Origin: a virus
Lineage: Duplodnaviria; Caudoviricetes
Strand: one strand, 5' to 3'
Length of the DNA: 64,000 bases
Virus record (IMG/VR): IMGVR_UViG_3300025875_000006
Location: 1 to 64,000 of that record
The notes beneath the pieces are model-generated. The model did no database searches. It was not told where the DNA came from and worked only from the letters and a program-made list of their open reading frames with translations. Within the stretch, counting starts at the first letter, position 1; the number at the start of each line of letters is the position of its first letter. The position numbers and the translations under genes are program-made. Positions 38,223 through 49,500 of the stretch are shown here, one piece after another.

Positions 38223-38866
38223 TGGGAGCCGCCAAGACCCCGCCCGGCCCGTCGCTGTACCCCAACTGCGGCGGGCTGGACGCCTACAAGCGCCACCTGA
38301 CCGAGGGCACCGCGACGTGCGCGGCGTGCCGGGAGGCAGCGCGCGTCGGCGAGGCGGCCTATCGGAAGTACCGCTACCTGCACGGGCCCCGGAAGGTGTC
38401 CCCGGTCGGGACCCGTCGGCGGGTCCAGGCGCTGGTCGCCATCGGTCACACGATGAAGGACCTGGCCGCCGCCCTGGACCCGCCGATCAGCGACACCGCG
38501 CTCCAGAAGGTGATGAAGCGCGAGTTCGTCTACCGGGAGAAGGCCGCCCAGATCGCGGCCCTCTACGACCAGCTCTGGGAGACTCCCGGGGGCTCGGTGA
38601 AGTCCCGGCGGCGGGCGCTGAAGTTCGGCTGGCTGCCGCCGATGGCGTGGGACGACGAGCGCCTGGACGACCCCGACTACGTTCCCCTGGAGCAGGTGCT
38701 GCGGGACTGGGACGAGGCGCTGGCCATCCACCGCGAGTGGGTCAAGGCCGAGCGCAAGCGCCTGGCGCGCGCGGCCCGGACAGCTGAGCAGATCGAGCGG
38801 GACCGGGCGGCCAAGCGCGGGCGGCGTCAGCGGCCTGAACTGGCCGCCCAGACGCAGGCCGCGTGA
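38222..38866 (+). CDS. HTH DNA-binding protein with Zn-ribbon-like N-terminus
   Basis: GTRRRVQALVAIGHTMKDLAAAL; AWDDERLDDP. Confidence 0.7.
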   Translation: MGAAKTPPGPSLYPNCGGLDAYKRHLTEGTATCAACREAARVGEAAYRKYRYLHGPRKVSPVGTRRRVQALVAIGHTMKDLAAALDPPISDTALQKVMKREFVYREKAAQIAALYDQLWETPGGSVKSRRRALKFGWLPPMAWDDERLDDPDYVPLEQVLRDWDEALAIHREWVKAERKRLARAARTAEQIERDRAAKRGRRQRPELAAQTQAA

Positions 38867-39004
38867 CCGGGGTAGGCGTGGCGACACCGCCCTGACCTGG
38901 GCAAACACCATCAGCAGGAACCGGGGTGCCGACCTTCGGCACGCTGTGATCAACCACTGCCCCTGCGTGACAGCGGGGATAGTGTCGGGACCCCACGCCG
39001 TGCG

Positions 39005-40180
39005 GTGGCGGGGGTGATCAGGGGGACGATCTTGAAGGTGACAGCAGAGAAGCCGCTGGCGGCAGGCTGGCCAGGGCGCACGATGCTGGCCGAGCAGCTG
39101 GCCACCGGGACGGCCGGGCCGGTGCCGGGTGTGCACCCGCTGGACGGCGCGCGGTGGCTGCTGGTGTGGAACCGGGGACCGCTGGGGGACTGCTGCTGCT
39201 GGCGGGGCACGGTCCGGTCGGAGCACAGCGGGGTGTCGGTCGCGGCCGAGGGCAACTGCACGAACCCCGGCAAGCACCCGTGGGTCACCCGGGTGGAGGG
39301 CGAGCCCTACGGCTTCCTGCACGGGGCGGCCGACGCGCTGGAGTACGACGAGCTGGCCGACCTCTACGGCCCGCCGGGCGGCTCCCGGCAGCTGGCCGTG
39401 GTGCTGGACGACCTGCTGGTCATCGACCTGGACGGCCCGCGCGCGCTGCGGGACTTCGCCCGGATGTCGTACACGATCCCGAAAGACAAGATCATCGGCG
39501 TCAGCACGACGCCGCGCGGCTACCACGTCTGGCTGGACGTCCCGGGCTGGAACCAGAAGGCGCTCAACACCTGGATGGCCGGGTGGCTGGGGCCCTTCGG
39601 CGGCTGGGACGGCACGGACGAGCGCAAGGCCGGGCGGCGGGGCTTCCTGGTGGACGTCCGCACCGGGTCCAACCGGTACGTCGTCTGGCCCGGGATGCAC
39701 CCGGACCGGCGCTGGATCGCGCGGCCGGAGTTCGGCCGGGTCCTCCAGCAGGCGCTGGTCGGGATGCCGCCGTGGCGGATGGTCAACGGCGGCCGGGCCC
39801 CGTGGTCACCGGTTGACACGGACGAGGACAGCAGCTGGCTGGCGGGCTGGATCGCCGAGCACCAGGGCGGCACCGACATTCCGACCGAGGGGCTGACGTT
39901 CGAGGGCGGCGACGCCGAGCTGGAGAGCACCTGGGCCGAGCTGGAGCGCTGGCTGGCCAGGCTGGAGCAGATGGCCCCGGGCACGGGCCGCAACAACCTC
40001 CTGAACGCCGTCAGCTTTCACAGCGGAGCGAAATGCGTCCTGGCCGGTCACCCGGTGAACACCGTCCGCGCCCGCATCATCGAGGTCGGAGAGTCCGTGG
40101 GAACCCATGGTGTTGGGGCCACGGTGGACTCCGGTCTGCACGCGGGCACCACGCAGCTGCGGAAGCAGCTGGGGCTGTGA
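39005..40180 (+). CDS. Bifunctional primase/polymerase (start uncertain)
   Basis: CTNPGKHP, LLVIDLD, TPRGYHVW, VDVRTG..YVV. Confidence 0.8.
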   Translation: MAGVIRGTILKVTAEKPLAAGWPGRTMLAEQLATGTAGPVPGVHPLDGARWLLVWNRGPLGDCCCWRGTVRSEHSGVSVAAEGNCTNPGKHPWVTRVEGEPYGFLHGAADALEYDELADLYGPPGGSRQLAVVLDDLLVIDLDGPRALRDFARMSYTIPKDKIIGVSTTPRGYHVWLDVPGWNQKALNTWMAGWLGPFGGWDGTDERKAGRRGFLVDVRTGSNRYVVWPGMHPDRRWIARPEFGRVLQQALVGMPPWRMVNGGRAPWSPVDTDEDSSWLAGWIAEHQGGTDIPTEGLTFEGGDAELESTWAELERWLARLEQMAPGTGRNNLLNAVSFHSGAKCVLAGHPVNTVRARIIEVGESVGTHGVGATVDSGLHAGTTQLRKQLGL

Positions 40181-40716
40181 GGACGTGCACCATCTGCACC
40201 ACGACCAAGCCGCTGGAGGAGTTCGTTCCTGACCGGCGGTACACCGCCGACCGGCGGCCGGAGTGCAAGCCGTGCTTCAGCCGGATCGGACTGCGGAACC
40301 GGCGGCGCGGTCTGGTCCTGCCAGAGAGCAAGACCTGCGGAGCGTGCGGTCTGGCCAAGCCGTCGCTGGACTTCGGGCTGGACAAACGCAACGCCGACCA
40401 GCTGCGCAACAACTGCCTGGCGTGTGCGGGCAAGCCGACGACCGACCAGCTGCGTGCACGCAGCCTGCGCTTCCACTACGGGATGACGGTCGAGGAGTAC
40501 GACGCGCTGCTGACAGCGCAGGGCGGCGTCTGTGCCGTGTGCAAGGCAGGGCCTCCCACCGAGGGACGGCAGAAGTACCTGGCGGTGGACCACTGCCACC
40601 AGGACGGGCACGTGCGCGGGTTGCTGTGCAACAGCTGCAACACCGCGCTGGGGCTGCTGGGGGACGACGTGGACAGGATCAACGCACTGGCCGAGTACCT
40701 GAAGACGCAGGGCTGA
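40177..40716 (+). CDS. Endonuclease VII-family nuclease
   Basis: QGGVCAVC..LAVDHCH..VRGLLCNSCNTALG. Confidence 0.88.
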   Translation: MRTCTICTTTKPLEEFVPDRRYTADRRPECKPCFSRIGLRNRRRGLVLPESKTCGACGLAKPSLDFGLDKRNADQLRNNCLACAGKPTTDQLRARSLRFHYGMTVEEYDALLTAQGGVCAVCKAGPPTEGRQKYLAVDHCHQDGHVRGLLCNSCNTALGLLGDDVDRINALAEYLKTQG

Positions 40717-40719
40717 GCC

Positions 40720-42441
40720 ATGGCGCTGGGGGAGAGCGGGGACTGGGCGTCCGCGACATCGCGGATCGTCAAGATGGTCAACGGGGAGGCCGACCCACTG
40801 GAGGGCGCGCTGCCCGAGGGCTACGGCTCGGCCAGGCTGCTGGAGCGCTTCGCCCGGCAGTTCGAGGCCGACTACGGGGTCGAGCTGGGGATGAGCATCC
40901 CGACGCTGCTGGCCGGGTTCTCCGGCGCCTTGCAGGGCGGGTTCCAAGTCCCCATCGTGCGGACGGTCAACCCGGCACCGCAGTTCATCTGGGTGTCCAC
41001 CGTCGTCCAGTTCATCGGGATCGCCGAGGCCGGGCAGCAAAAGTCCACGTTGCTGGATGAGGTGCTGCACCCGCTGAAGCGCGCGCTGGACCGCGATGCC
41101 GTGGCCAGCCGCAGGCAGACGGTGGAGAACTGGCGCAAGGAGGCGATGGACGCCTTCGGCGCGACCGGGGTGGCCGTGGACGCCGAGGCCGGGGCCTGGG
41201 ACAAGGTCTACCTGGGCGGGGTCTGTCCGTCGTCCCTGACCGACCAGGGGACGCCGGAGGGCATCCGCAACAACCTGGTGCGGCACGGCGGCCACCGGGT
41301 GATCCTCACCGCCGAGCCCGACGTGCTGCGCGACGTGTCCGCCTACGCCTCCAAGGGCGCTGGCGGCTCGGTGGGCCTGTTCCTGCGGGGCTGGAACCAG
41401 GAAGACCTGATGGTGGACCGGGCGGGCACCGACGCGCTGGTGGTGCGTGAGCCGTCGCTGCCCTGCGTGATCATGCTCCAGCCGGACAGCTTCAAGAAGT
41501 ACACCGGCGGGTCGGACGGGTCCGATGACTTCGTGGACCGGGGCGTGTTCTCCCGGATGCTGCTGTGGCGGGCGGAGAAGACCCCGGAGTCCGAGGAGTT
41601 CCCGGACCTGGACGACCTGGTGGAGTGGGATCCCAGCGCACCGGTGGCCACCGTGCTGGGGTCGCTGCGGGAGAAGCTGGAGGACCGCATGACCACGGTG
41701 GCCATGCGCTCCAACGACTACCGCATCTCCAAGGGCCTGGAGCAGGCCTGGAAGGAGAGCAAGTACCTCTGGATGCCCACGCCGAAGGAGGTCCAGCGTG
41801 AGCGGCTGAGCCTGGACGGGCTGGCCGGGATCAAGGCGGGCATCCGGGTCCAGCAGATGCGCGCGGCCGTGATCAACGCCGTGCGCGCGGCCGACGCGGT
41901 CAACCCCGGCATCGCCGCCGTGCTGGAGCCGCTGGCCCAGCGTCTGTCGGCGCACGTGATGCGGATGGCGGGCATCTTCACCCTGGCCGACGACCCGGGC
42001 GCGACGACGGTTGACACGGGCCACGTGATCGACGTGGCCACCCGGCTGATGCCGTGGCTGTGGGCCGGGTGGTGGCAGGTCATGCGCGAGCGTCTGGAGG
42101 CCAACGCGCAGGCCAGCGTGTCCGAGGGCCTGCTGAAGAACGCCAAGGGCGCGGACCTGACCGGCGGGAACCTGCTGCTGAAGGTGCTCTCGGACCTGGA
42201 CGCCAGCAACGGCCCGGCCGCGATGGGCGGGTTCACCCCGTCGGAGGTGATCAAGAAGGTCGAGAACAGGATGCCGCACGCCCAGCGCGGCGGAGCCCTG
42301 CGGGGACACCTGCGCAACGTGCTGGCCGGGATGGCCGCCGAGGGCCTGGTGAGCATCGTGGGGCAGGCGTCGGACGCCACCGGCAAGCCGAGCGCCCGGT
42401 ACCGGATCACCGAGGCCGGGCGGGCGATGGTGAAGCAGTAG
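40720..42441 (+). CDS. DUF3987/YfjI-like P-loop helicase
   Basis: AEAGQQKSTL, QGTPEG, RGVFSRML; follows the prim-pol. Confidence 0.75.
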   Translation: MALGESGDWASATSRIVKMVNGEADPLEGALPEGYGSARLLERFARQFEADYGVELGMSIPTLLAGFSGALQGGFQVPIVRTVNPAPQFIWVSTVVQFIGIAEAGQQKSTLLDEVLHPLKRALDRDAVASRRQTVENWRKEAMDAFGATGVAVDAEAGAWDKVYLGGVCPSSLTDQGTPEGIRNNLVRHGGHRVILTAEPDVLRDVSAYASKGAGGSVGLFLRGWNQEDLMVDRAGTDALVVREPSLPCVIMLQPDSFKKYTGGSDGSDDFVDRGVFSRMLLWRAEKTPESEEFPDLDDLVEWDPSAPVATVLGSLREKLEDRMTTVAMRSNDYRISKGLEQAWKESKYLWMPTPKEVQRERLSLDGLAGIKAGIRVQQMRAAVINAVRAADAVNPGIAAVLEPLAQRLSAHVMRMAGIFTLADDPGATTVDTGHVIDVATRLMPWLWAGWWQVMRERLEANAQASVSEGLLKNAKGADLTGGNLLLKVLSDLDASNGPAAMGGFTPSEVIKKVENRMPHAQRGGALRGHLRNVLAGMAAEGLVSIVGQASDATGKPSARYRITEAGRAMVKQ

Positions 42442-42486
42442 GGCGTGTTTGTTGACACTGTTGAGAAGACCTGTCATAGTCATCCC

Positions 42487-42954
42487 ATGACGCAGACAAC
42501 CACCACCGCCACCGCCCGGCACACCTGCCCGACCTGCGGGCAGCGCCCCACCGTGGACCACAAGGGGTGCCCGCGCTGCGGCACCTCGCTGGTGCCCGAG
42601 ACCTACACCGAGAAGCGCTCCCGCATCGCGGCCGAAGCTGACACCCACCGCAAGCGCGGGTCGAAGCTGGCGCACAAGCTGCTGGCGCTGCACCTGGCCA
42701 TGGAGGATGCCGTCCGCCCGGTGGACCGCAAGACCGCTGCCGCCCGGCTGGGTGGCGCGTGCGACGTCCTGGCGGCACTGCACGGCTGGACGGAGACCGC
42801 GTGGCACCTGGCGGTCCTGGACAGCTACCGCTCGCTGGCGATGGTGCGGCCGGTGCTGAACCACAACCTGGGCGGCAACCTGGCCTACCTGAGCTGGGAG
42901 GCCGAAGTGGTCGAGGCCATCGACGCGCAGCTGGCGAAGCTGGTGCAGGCGTGA
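42487..42954 (+). CDS. Hypothetical protein (MTQ start)
   Basis: MTQTTTT, CPTC/CPRC; tandem-motif promoter at 42451-42486. Confidence 0.7.
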   Translation: MTQTTTTATARHTCPTCGQRPTVDHKGCPRCGTSLVPETYTEKRSRIAAEADTHRKRGSKLAHKLLALHLAMEDAVRPVDRKTAAARLGGACDVLAALHGWTETAWHLAVLDSYRSLAMVRPVLNHNLGGNLAYLSWEAEVVEAIDAQLAKLVQA

Positions 42955-43247
42955 ACGCGGTGGAGATGCTCGGCGGCACCGCCGTGCTGACCATGACGCC
43001 CGGCAGCCTGAGCCACCTGACCGGTGGCGACATCGAGGTCGAGCTGAGCACGGCCGACGCCAACGCGCTGATGCTGGCGCTGGCCAAGCAGCTGGGCGTG
43101 ACCGTGGTCGCCGGGGACCCGGTGAAGGTGCTGGACGCGCTGGTGATCGACCAGCGCGAGAAGGGCAACCACACCTACGCCGACGGCATCGAGCGGGCTG
43201 CCACCCGGCTGAGCCGGACCGTGGTGCAGGCGGCGCCGCACAGCTGA
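42951..43247 (+). CDS. Hypothetical protein
   Basis: GTGA-coupled, followed by a terminator. Confidence 0.55.
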   Translation: MNAVEMLGGTAVLTMTPGSLSHLTGGDIEVELSTADANALMLALAKQLGVTVVAGDPVKVLDALVIDQREKGNHTYADGIERAATRLSRTVVQAAPHS

Positions 43248-43256
43248 GAGGCAGAA

Positions 43257-43294
43257 CGAGGAAGGGCCCCGCACCGATGGTGTGGGGCCCTTCG
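43257..43294. terminator. Bidirectional terminator
   Basis: GAAGGGCCCCGCACC-gat-GGTGTGGGGCCCTTC. Confidence 0.75.
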
Positions 43295-43298
43295 TGTG

Positions 43299-43715
43299 TC
43301 AACCGCCGATGGCTGAGTGTGGGAAGACTGCGCGGAACATCTGGAACTCTCTGTCCATCCGGGCGACGTGCAGGAGTGAGATGGCCTCCTGCGAGTCGAG
43401 ATCGTCGTAGGGGTTCGGACCGTCCGGGGTCAGCTCCATCTCCACCCGCTGCTGCCAGGTCAGTTCGGACGACTTCTGCCAGGTGTTGGTCACCGGGTCG
43501 CGGTTGGACTCGTAGTCGCGCGCGGGCCGGGACGCCTTCCATGTCAGCAGGTCTGCACGCCGGTACCGGTTCTGCCCGCCGGGAGTAAGCAGAGCCACGG
43601 GCGGAGCGCCGCCGACCGGTGGACGCCGGTGGTAGTGGGACAGGGTGCCGGGCTTGATGCCGAGGATCTTGGCGGCTTCAGACGGAGGGAGCAGCGCTTC
43701 TGTCATGTGCTGCAT
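43299..43715 (-). CDS. HTH DNA-binding protein (excisionase/MerR-like)
   Basis: LLPPSEAAKILGIKPGTL...TPGGQNRYRRADL. Confidence 0.8.
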   Translation of the reverse strand: MQHMTEALLPPSEAAKILGIKPGTLSHYHRRPPVGGAPPVALLTPGGQNRYRRADLLTWKASRPARDYESNRDPVTNTWQKSSELTWQQRVEMELTPDGPNPYDDLDSQEAISLLHVARMDREFQMFRAVFPHSAIGG

Positions 43716-43819
43716 CGTGTCATGGATTAGTCCGTAGGTACAGTCTGTCCAAAGTTCACTGACAGTGACGGATTTGCAAGATCATTTAGCTGGTGGCGCC
43801 GCTCAGAACCAAGATCAAA

Positions 43820-44140
43820 CAAGCAAAACCGCAGGTCAGACGATGTCGCCATCGTGTCTCCGCCGGGTCGCCACTAAAACCGCAGGTCAGGTCCCGAGTC
43901 GCCCGTCGCGCCGTGTCGCCACCCCTGTCAGAGAGACGGACGGACAGTCACAGAAAGTGATCACTACACGGGGGTAGGTCCTCTACGCGCAGACACTCAA
44001 TACTGCGCGCGCGTGGACGTTACATTGTTGAGAGAGTGTGTAATACTTGTCAGATATCTGGGGGCGACACGGCGACGCGGGAGATCCGGCGTCTGACCTG
44101 GACTTTCTCTGGCGACACGGTTGGCGACACGGCGGCGACA
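43820..44140. other. Probable replication origin (inverted iterons around an AT-richer core)
   Basis: GTCGCC iterons on the left, GGCGAC on the right, AAAACCGCAGGTCAG x2; ORF-free. Confidence 0.6.
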
Positions 44141-44152
44141 GGGAGGCTGGGA

Positions 44153-45500
44153 GTGGCGGTGAGGACGGGAAAGCGCAGGTCAGCGGGCCGAGGTCCCGTG
44201 TCGCCGCTGACGCCGGGGCAGCTGGCGGTGCGCAGGGTCGGGGACTGGCCCGGTGACCGGGTGTCCCGGGTGCCGGGTGGCCTGGCCAGGCAGCACGCGG
44301 CCGGGGTCTGGGGGGACGCCCGGCTGGGGATGGTCAACCGGGCCGAGGGGCTGTGGCGCCACGTCGGCCGGGACCGGCGGGCGTTCGAGGGGCAGGTGGA
44401 CCTGGCGTTCCTGGCCACGGTCGCCGGGCACCTGGAGCGCTGCGAGGTGTGCTGGCGGACGTGGGTGGACGGGGAGATGCCGGTGGAGATGCTGAGCGCC
44501 GCTGTGGCGCGCATCCCGGCCGGTCAGGTCTTCCGGGTGCTGGTGAAGGAGATCAGGGCGCAGCGGCGCGCTGGCGGAGCTGGAGGGGGACTGTGATGAC
44601 GAGAGCGCAGGAGCGGGTGGACGCCCGGCAGGAGCTGGCTGAGCTGGCGGAGCACCGGGCGGAGGACGAGCTGCCCGAGCACCGGAGCACCTACCTGGAG
44701 CGGATGGTGCTGGCCACGACGCCGAACGCCGTGGTGGACGAGGACGGGGCGCTGAGCCTCACGACCGAGACGCCGCCGTGCGACCCGACCAAGCCCGACG
44801 CGCAGTCCCCGGTGCCGCACGACTACGAGGAGACGGGCGAGGACTACGGGTCGCTGGGTGAGGGCGGGAGCTACACCGAGCTGACGTGCCGTCGCTGCCG
44901 CCGGGTGGCCTACACCCCGATGGCCGACTGATGGCCGTGCGCGAGCTGAAGCCGGACGAGGAGTGCCGTGCGCAGTACGGCACCGGTGGCACGGGGCTGG
45001 ACAGCATCGCCACCTGCCTGCGGCGCAAGGATCACCCTCCGGTGAGCGTGGACGGCATCGGGCACGCACCCCATGCGGTGGTGGCCGACCTGTACCCGGA
45101 GACGGTGGCCAGGGCGGTTGACACCGGGAGCGGCGGCGGGCGACTGGTCAGCAGCCGGAAGGGCCCGCTGTCCGAGGCCGAGAGCGCTGCGGTGCGGGAG
45201 CGCCAGGCCGAGGCCCGTGAGGTCGGCGAGCTGTGGGAGGGCTGGGAGGTGCAGGAGGTCGCCGTGGTGGTCTTCGTCCGGGCCCGGGGTGCGGATGCGG
45301 CCGACGCACGGGACCGGGCCGTGCAGGCCGTCAGCCGGGCTGTGCGGGGCGAGCGGCACGACCAGACCCTCCCGGTGACCCACCGGGGCCTGGAGGTGCC
45401 TGGAGCGCGGATCGTGGCGGCCGACGTCGCCGAGCTGGGCACGGCCGGAGCCAGCGGCAAGCTGGCGGTCACGGTGACCCGGCGGGCGTTCAAGCGGTGA
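44153..45500 (+). other. Three coupled hypothetical genes (44153-44596, 44596-44931, 44931-45500)
   Basis: TGATG overlaps and a coding-like codon pattern. Confidence 0.6.
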
Positions 45501-45620
45501 TCGACGCTTTCCAGCACAGCGGCTAGGCTGCCCGCGAAGTCCAAGTAGCGAGCCCCCAGGACGTTGGCGCGTCTGAGGAGGCTCTGACCCTGCCCGATCC
45601 CTACATCGAGGAGAGCTGCC

Positions 45621-46502
45621 ATGCAGCCTAGTGAAGTGCTGTCCGTGACCCCGAAGATGGCGCACGAGTGGCTGGACAGTCTGAGTTCCCACCAGCGTTC
45701 GGTGAGCCCGAACTACGTCACACAGCTGGCACGCAAGATGCGCAATGGCCAGTGGCGGTTGACAGCCGAACCGATCACTTTCGACACCGACGGCAAGCTG
45801 ATCGAGGGGCAGCACCGGCTCCGTGCAGTGATCGAGAGCGGCGTCGCCGTGGAGTTCATGGTGGTGCGCGGTGCACCGGCCGAGTCCTTCGCGGTGATCG
45901 ACCAGGGCCGTCGCCGTAACGCGGCGCAGTTCTACGACGGCAAGTACGCCGGTCAGGTCATGGCCGGTGCCCGGTTCTTGCGGCACATCGAGGTTCACCT
46001 GCCCTACAACACCGCTGCCAGTGCCGGATCGTGGAACCAGCTGTCGATGGACGACCAGCTGGAGTACGTCACCACGTGGCCTGAGCTGGCTGAAGCTGCG
46101 CCTCTCGTGGAGCCGCTGTCCCGACGGTCGGCCTTGATCCAGGTCCCCAGCAGGTACGTGCTGCCGGTGGTGGCACAGGCCATGCGGACCGAGCACGCTG
46201 ACCGCATCGCCGGGTTCCTGACCGGGATGCACACCGGTCAAGGACTGGACGGGGACAACGACCCCCGGATGCTGCTGCACCGCCGGTTCACATCCATGCT
46301 GCGGGCCCAGCTGATGTCGTCGCAGGGCGCAGACCTGGCGTACTCGCTGACGGCCAAGGCCTGGAACTTCTACGTCGAGGGCGCTCAGATGAAGCTGCTG
46401 AAGATGGTGGTCAACGAGCGCCGGACCACTGTGCTGGGCAGCAAGGCAGCCACGGAGTGGCAGTTGGAGCCGGTCATCGTCACGTCCAAGACGACGATCT
46501 GA
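45621..46502 (+). CDS. ParB-like / DGQHR-motif protein
   Basis: QRSVSPNYV..W....EPITFDTDGKLIEGQHRLRAVI. Confidence 0.75.
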   Translation: MQPSEVLSVTPKMAHEWLDSLSSHQRSVSPNYVTQLARKMRNGQWRLTAEPITFDTDGKLIEGQHRLRAVIESGVAVEFMVVRGAPAESFAVIDQGRRRNAAQFYDGKYAGQVMAGARFLRHIEVHLPYNTAASAGSWNQLSMDDQLEYVTTWPELAEAAPLVEPLSRRSALIQVPSRYVLPVVAQAMRTEHADRIAGFLTGMHTGQGLDGDNDPRMLLHRRFTSMLRAQLMSSQGADLAYSLTAKAWNFYVEGAQMKLLKMVVNERRTTVLGSKAATEWQLEPVIVTSKTTI

Positions 46503-46507
46503 CACAG

Positions 46508-49500
46508 GTGAACGAGCTGATCGAGGTGCTGGACACGCCGATCACCGGGCTGGACCTGGTGATCGTGCTGGGCGTGTGGCTGGCGTACCGCCTGCTGCGG
46601 ATCGTGGGCGAGCTGCTGGGCGCGGTGTTGAGCGGCAGGCACAGCGACGACGGTGGAGCCGAGCGGCGGCGCATCGAGGCGCAGGACGCCGCGCTGCGGG
46701 AGCAGGCGGCACGGGACCGGCAGGCTGAGCAGTGAGCGACCTGGACCGAGACGAGGAGATGAGCGCGATGAGCGAGCAAGCCCCTGAGCAGGCCACGGGG
46801 CCGGAGAACCGCTGCCCGGCCACCAGCAGCGGCGACGACGCGGTGCCGACGTTCCGGCTGCCGCTGAGCGACGACCCGATGGCCACGCTGGACCGCCGCG
46901 TGCTGGACGCCTGGGCCGAAGCCGAGGAGCTGGGCCGGGACGTGGGTGACCAGCACGCCGAGCAGGTGGTGCGCGCCCGGATGTACGCGATGGGCCTGAG
47001 CATCGCCGCTGCCGCCGTCGGCCGCCCTGAGAGCGTCTGGGCCAGCCCTGAACGGCGTGAGGCTGTCCGGGCCTGGGCCAAGGACCGCGCGACGCTCAGG
47101 GACAGGCTGACGGGGCTGGCGGCCGACCTGGACGCTGACGCTGCCAGCGGGATGTACGCCGGAGGTGGCTACGCCCGAGAGGTGCTGACCGACGTGGCCC
47201 GCCGGATGCGGGCGCTGCTGGAGGTGCCGCAGTGACCGACCCGCAGCCCGGAGACGAGGAGGTCTGCCAGACGTTGGGGTGTGGTCACCGGCGTGACCAG
47301 CACCGCGAGTTCCCTGGCCTCGGTCTCGGATGCGCCGTCACCGCGCCGGGTGACTACTGGGCGGACACCTGCAACGAGTTCCGCCCCGCCGCGCCGTCCG
47401 AGCCCCCGGCCGTGTGCACCGACCCGTGGTGTCCGCCGATCCCGGGGGTGGCCAAGCACCTGCATCACAGCGGCCCGCCACCGGTCCCGGGGCCTCCCGA
47501 GCAGCCCGACGGCATGAAGCGCAAGGCGGCCACCTGCCCGCACTGCGCCGAGACCGGACCCTGCCACCCCGGATGCGCGGCCGTGGGACAGGACGACGAC
47601 ACGGACTGGCTCTACAACGAGGCCAGCGGGATCTTGTATGCACCTTGGCCTAGCAAGCCCGGGATGCGTATGGCTATCGCTACCCAGGTGGACCAGTCGT
47701 TTGGGCACGCTATCGCCGCCACCATGAACGCCGCCACCCGGCCGTCCGCTGACGCGGAGAAGCTGCGACTCCTGCGTGGGCTGGCTGAGTGGCTGGTTGC
47801 GATGGACGACGACGACCCCGAGTCCATCGGTCGCCAGGACCGCCGCACGGTCACGTTGACCGCGATCATCGACCGCGCCCTCGCCGCCCTGGACGGTGAG
47901 CGGCGTGGGTGAGCTGATGCGCCTGCACTGGACCCATCCGAACATCGGCGACATCGCGGAGGTCATCTGTCCAGCGCACGAGGCCGAGGTCCGGACCGCG
48001 CTCGCAGTGCTCGGCATGGGCAGCATCAGCAGCGACGGCAGCGTGGCCTTCGACGGTATCGACGGACCCGGTGAGGTCGCCGCCTGTCTGCGCTGCCAGG
48101 CACACCCAACCAAGCTGCCGCGCGAGCTGCTGCGGCAGTGGTTCGGCGGCACCCGGTGACCGCCGTGGACCGGCCCGACAACGGGCAGCAGGTGCAGGGC
48201 GCAGCCCTCGTGAACGTGCACGGCCCGTCGATGTGCGAGGGCCGGCCGTGCGTCATGCACCACCCGTCCGACCACCACATGTTGCAGTGGCCGACGAACT
48301 GGCGGGACGACGCCAGGCTCATGGAGCGGCTGTGCCCGCACGGCATCGGCCACCCCGACCCCGACGACGTGGCCTATCAAGCGACGGTGGGGCGCGAGTG
48401 GGTCGCTGTGCACGGCTGCGACGGCTGTTGCGCCCTCCGCGCCGCCCTGGACGGCACCCGATGAGCACCCTGGGCGAGGTCGAGCGGGCGCAGCACCGCG
48501 TCGCCGTGAAGGCCGAGGGGGTGACCCACGACGGCGTGCCGGTCGCGCTGCTGGACGTCACCTTCGAGTACGGGGACTGGACGGGCTGGGCGTGGGAGAC
48601 CGCCGCGCTGCGGGTGACGTTCGCGGACGGCAAGAAGTCCCGCTGGGAGAAGGGCTACGGCGACGGGAAGTGGGTCGGCGACCAGCACCCGCCGTCGGAC
48701 CTGATGGCGCTGGTCAAGCCCCTGAAGCCGACCGACGAGCCAGGTGCGGCCGTGTCAACCGACCAGCCCCCGGCCGAGATCGAGGCAGCGCTGGACCAGG
48801 CAGCCGAGCAGCTGGGCGTGAGCCTGTCCCAGACGCTGACCGAGGCGCTGATCACCGCCACCCGGTCGGCGTACCAGGCCGGGCTGCTGGCGGGCCAGGC
48901 CAAGGCGCTGGACGGCGTGGTCGCGCCCGCGTCGGGGAAGCCGATGAAGTGGAACGGGACCGTGTGGGAGACCCTGGACTGATGGACGCCGAGGAGCGGG
49001 GCATCCGGATGGCCAGCGCGGCACTGAAGGCCAACGTCACGCTGGCTGCCCTGGGCGTGACCCTGGGCGTGCGCGACGGGGATGTTCCGGGGTGGATGGC
49101 GCCGGGCGTGGGGATCGCGTTCGTGCTGGCCGTGCTGGCCAGCGCGGTGGTGATCTTCTGCCAGGCAGTCGAGCTGCCGCCCTGCCGGTGCGGCACGGAC
49201 TTCTGTCGGTGCACACGGCATGGCTGACCGCGAGAAGGGCATCGTGCTGGACGGAGACCGGACGCCGCACTTCCACGACCTCCCCGCCGTGCCCACTGAG
49301 GAGGTCCCGCTGACCGAGGGGGCCAGGGCTGCCGGGCTCACGCGGGCACGCACCCGGGAGCTGGCCAACGCAGTGGCTGCGTGCTCTGGCTGCGGGCAGT
49401 TGTTCGTGTCCCGGGCGTGGGACGACGGCATCGGGTGGGTGCCGCTGCGCTGGTGGCACCGGAAGGCCAAGCGGAAGCTGGCCGAGCGGATGGGGAGCTG

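Noticed and set aside
40048-43542. Very long opposite-strand or alternate-frame ORFs (e.g. 40048-43542, 4366-7326, 3995-5488, 28510-30876, 57704-59419)
   Set aside because: Shadow ORFs typical of high-GC DNA: Arg/Gly/Pro-rich and overlapping well-supported genes
43299-43715. Prophage integration module (excisionase-like HTH)
   Set aside because: No integrase, att-flanked host DNA or immunity repressor in the window
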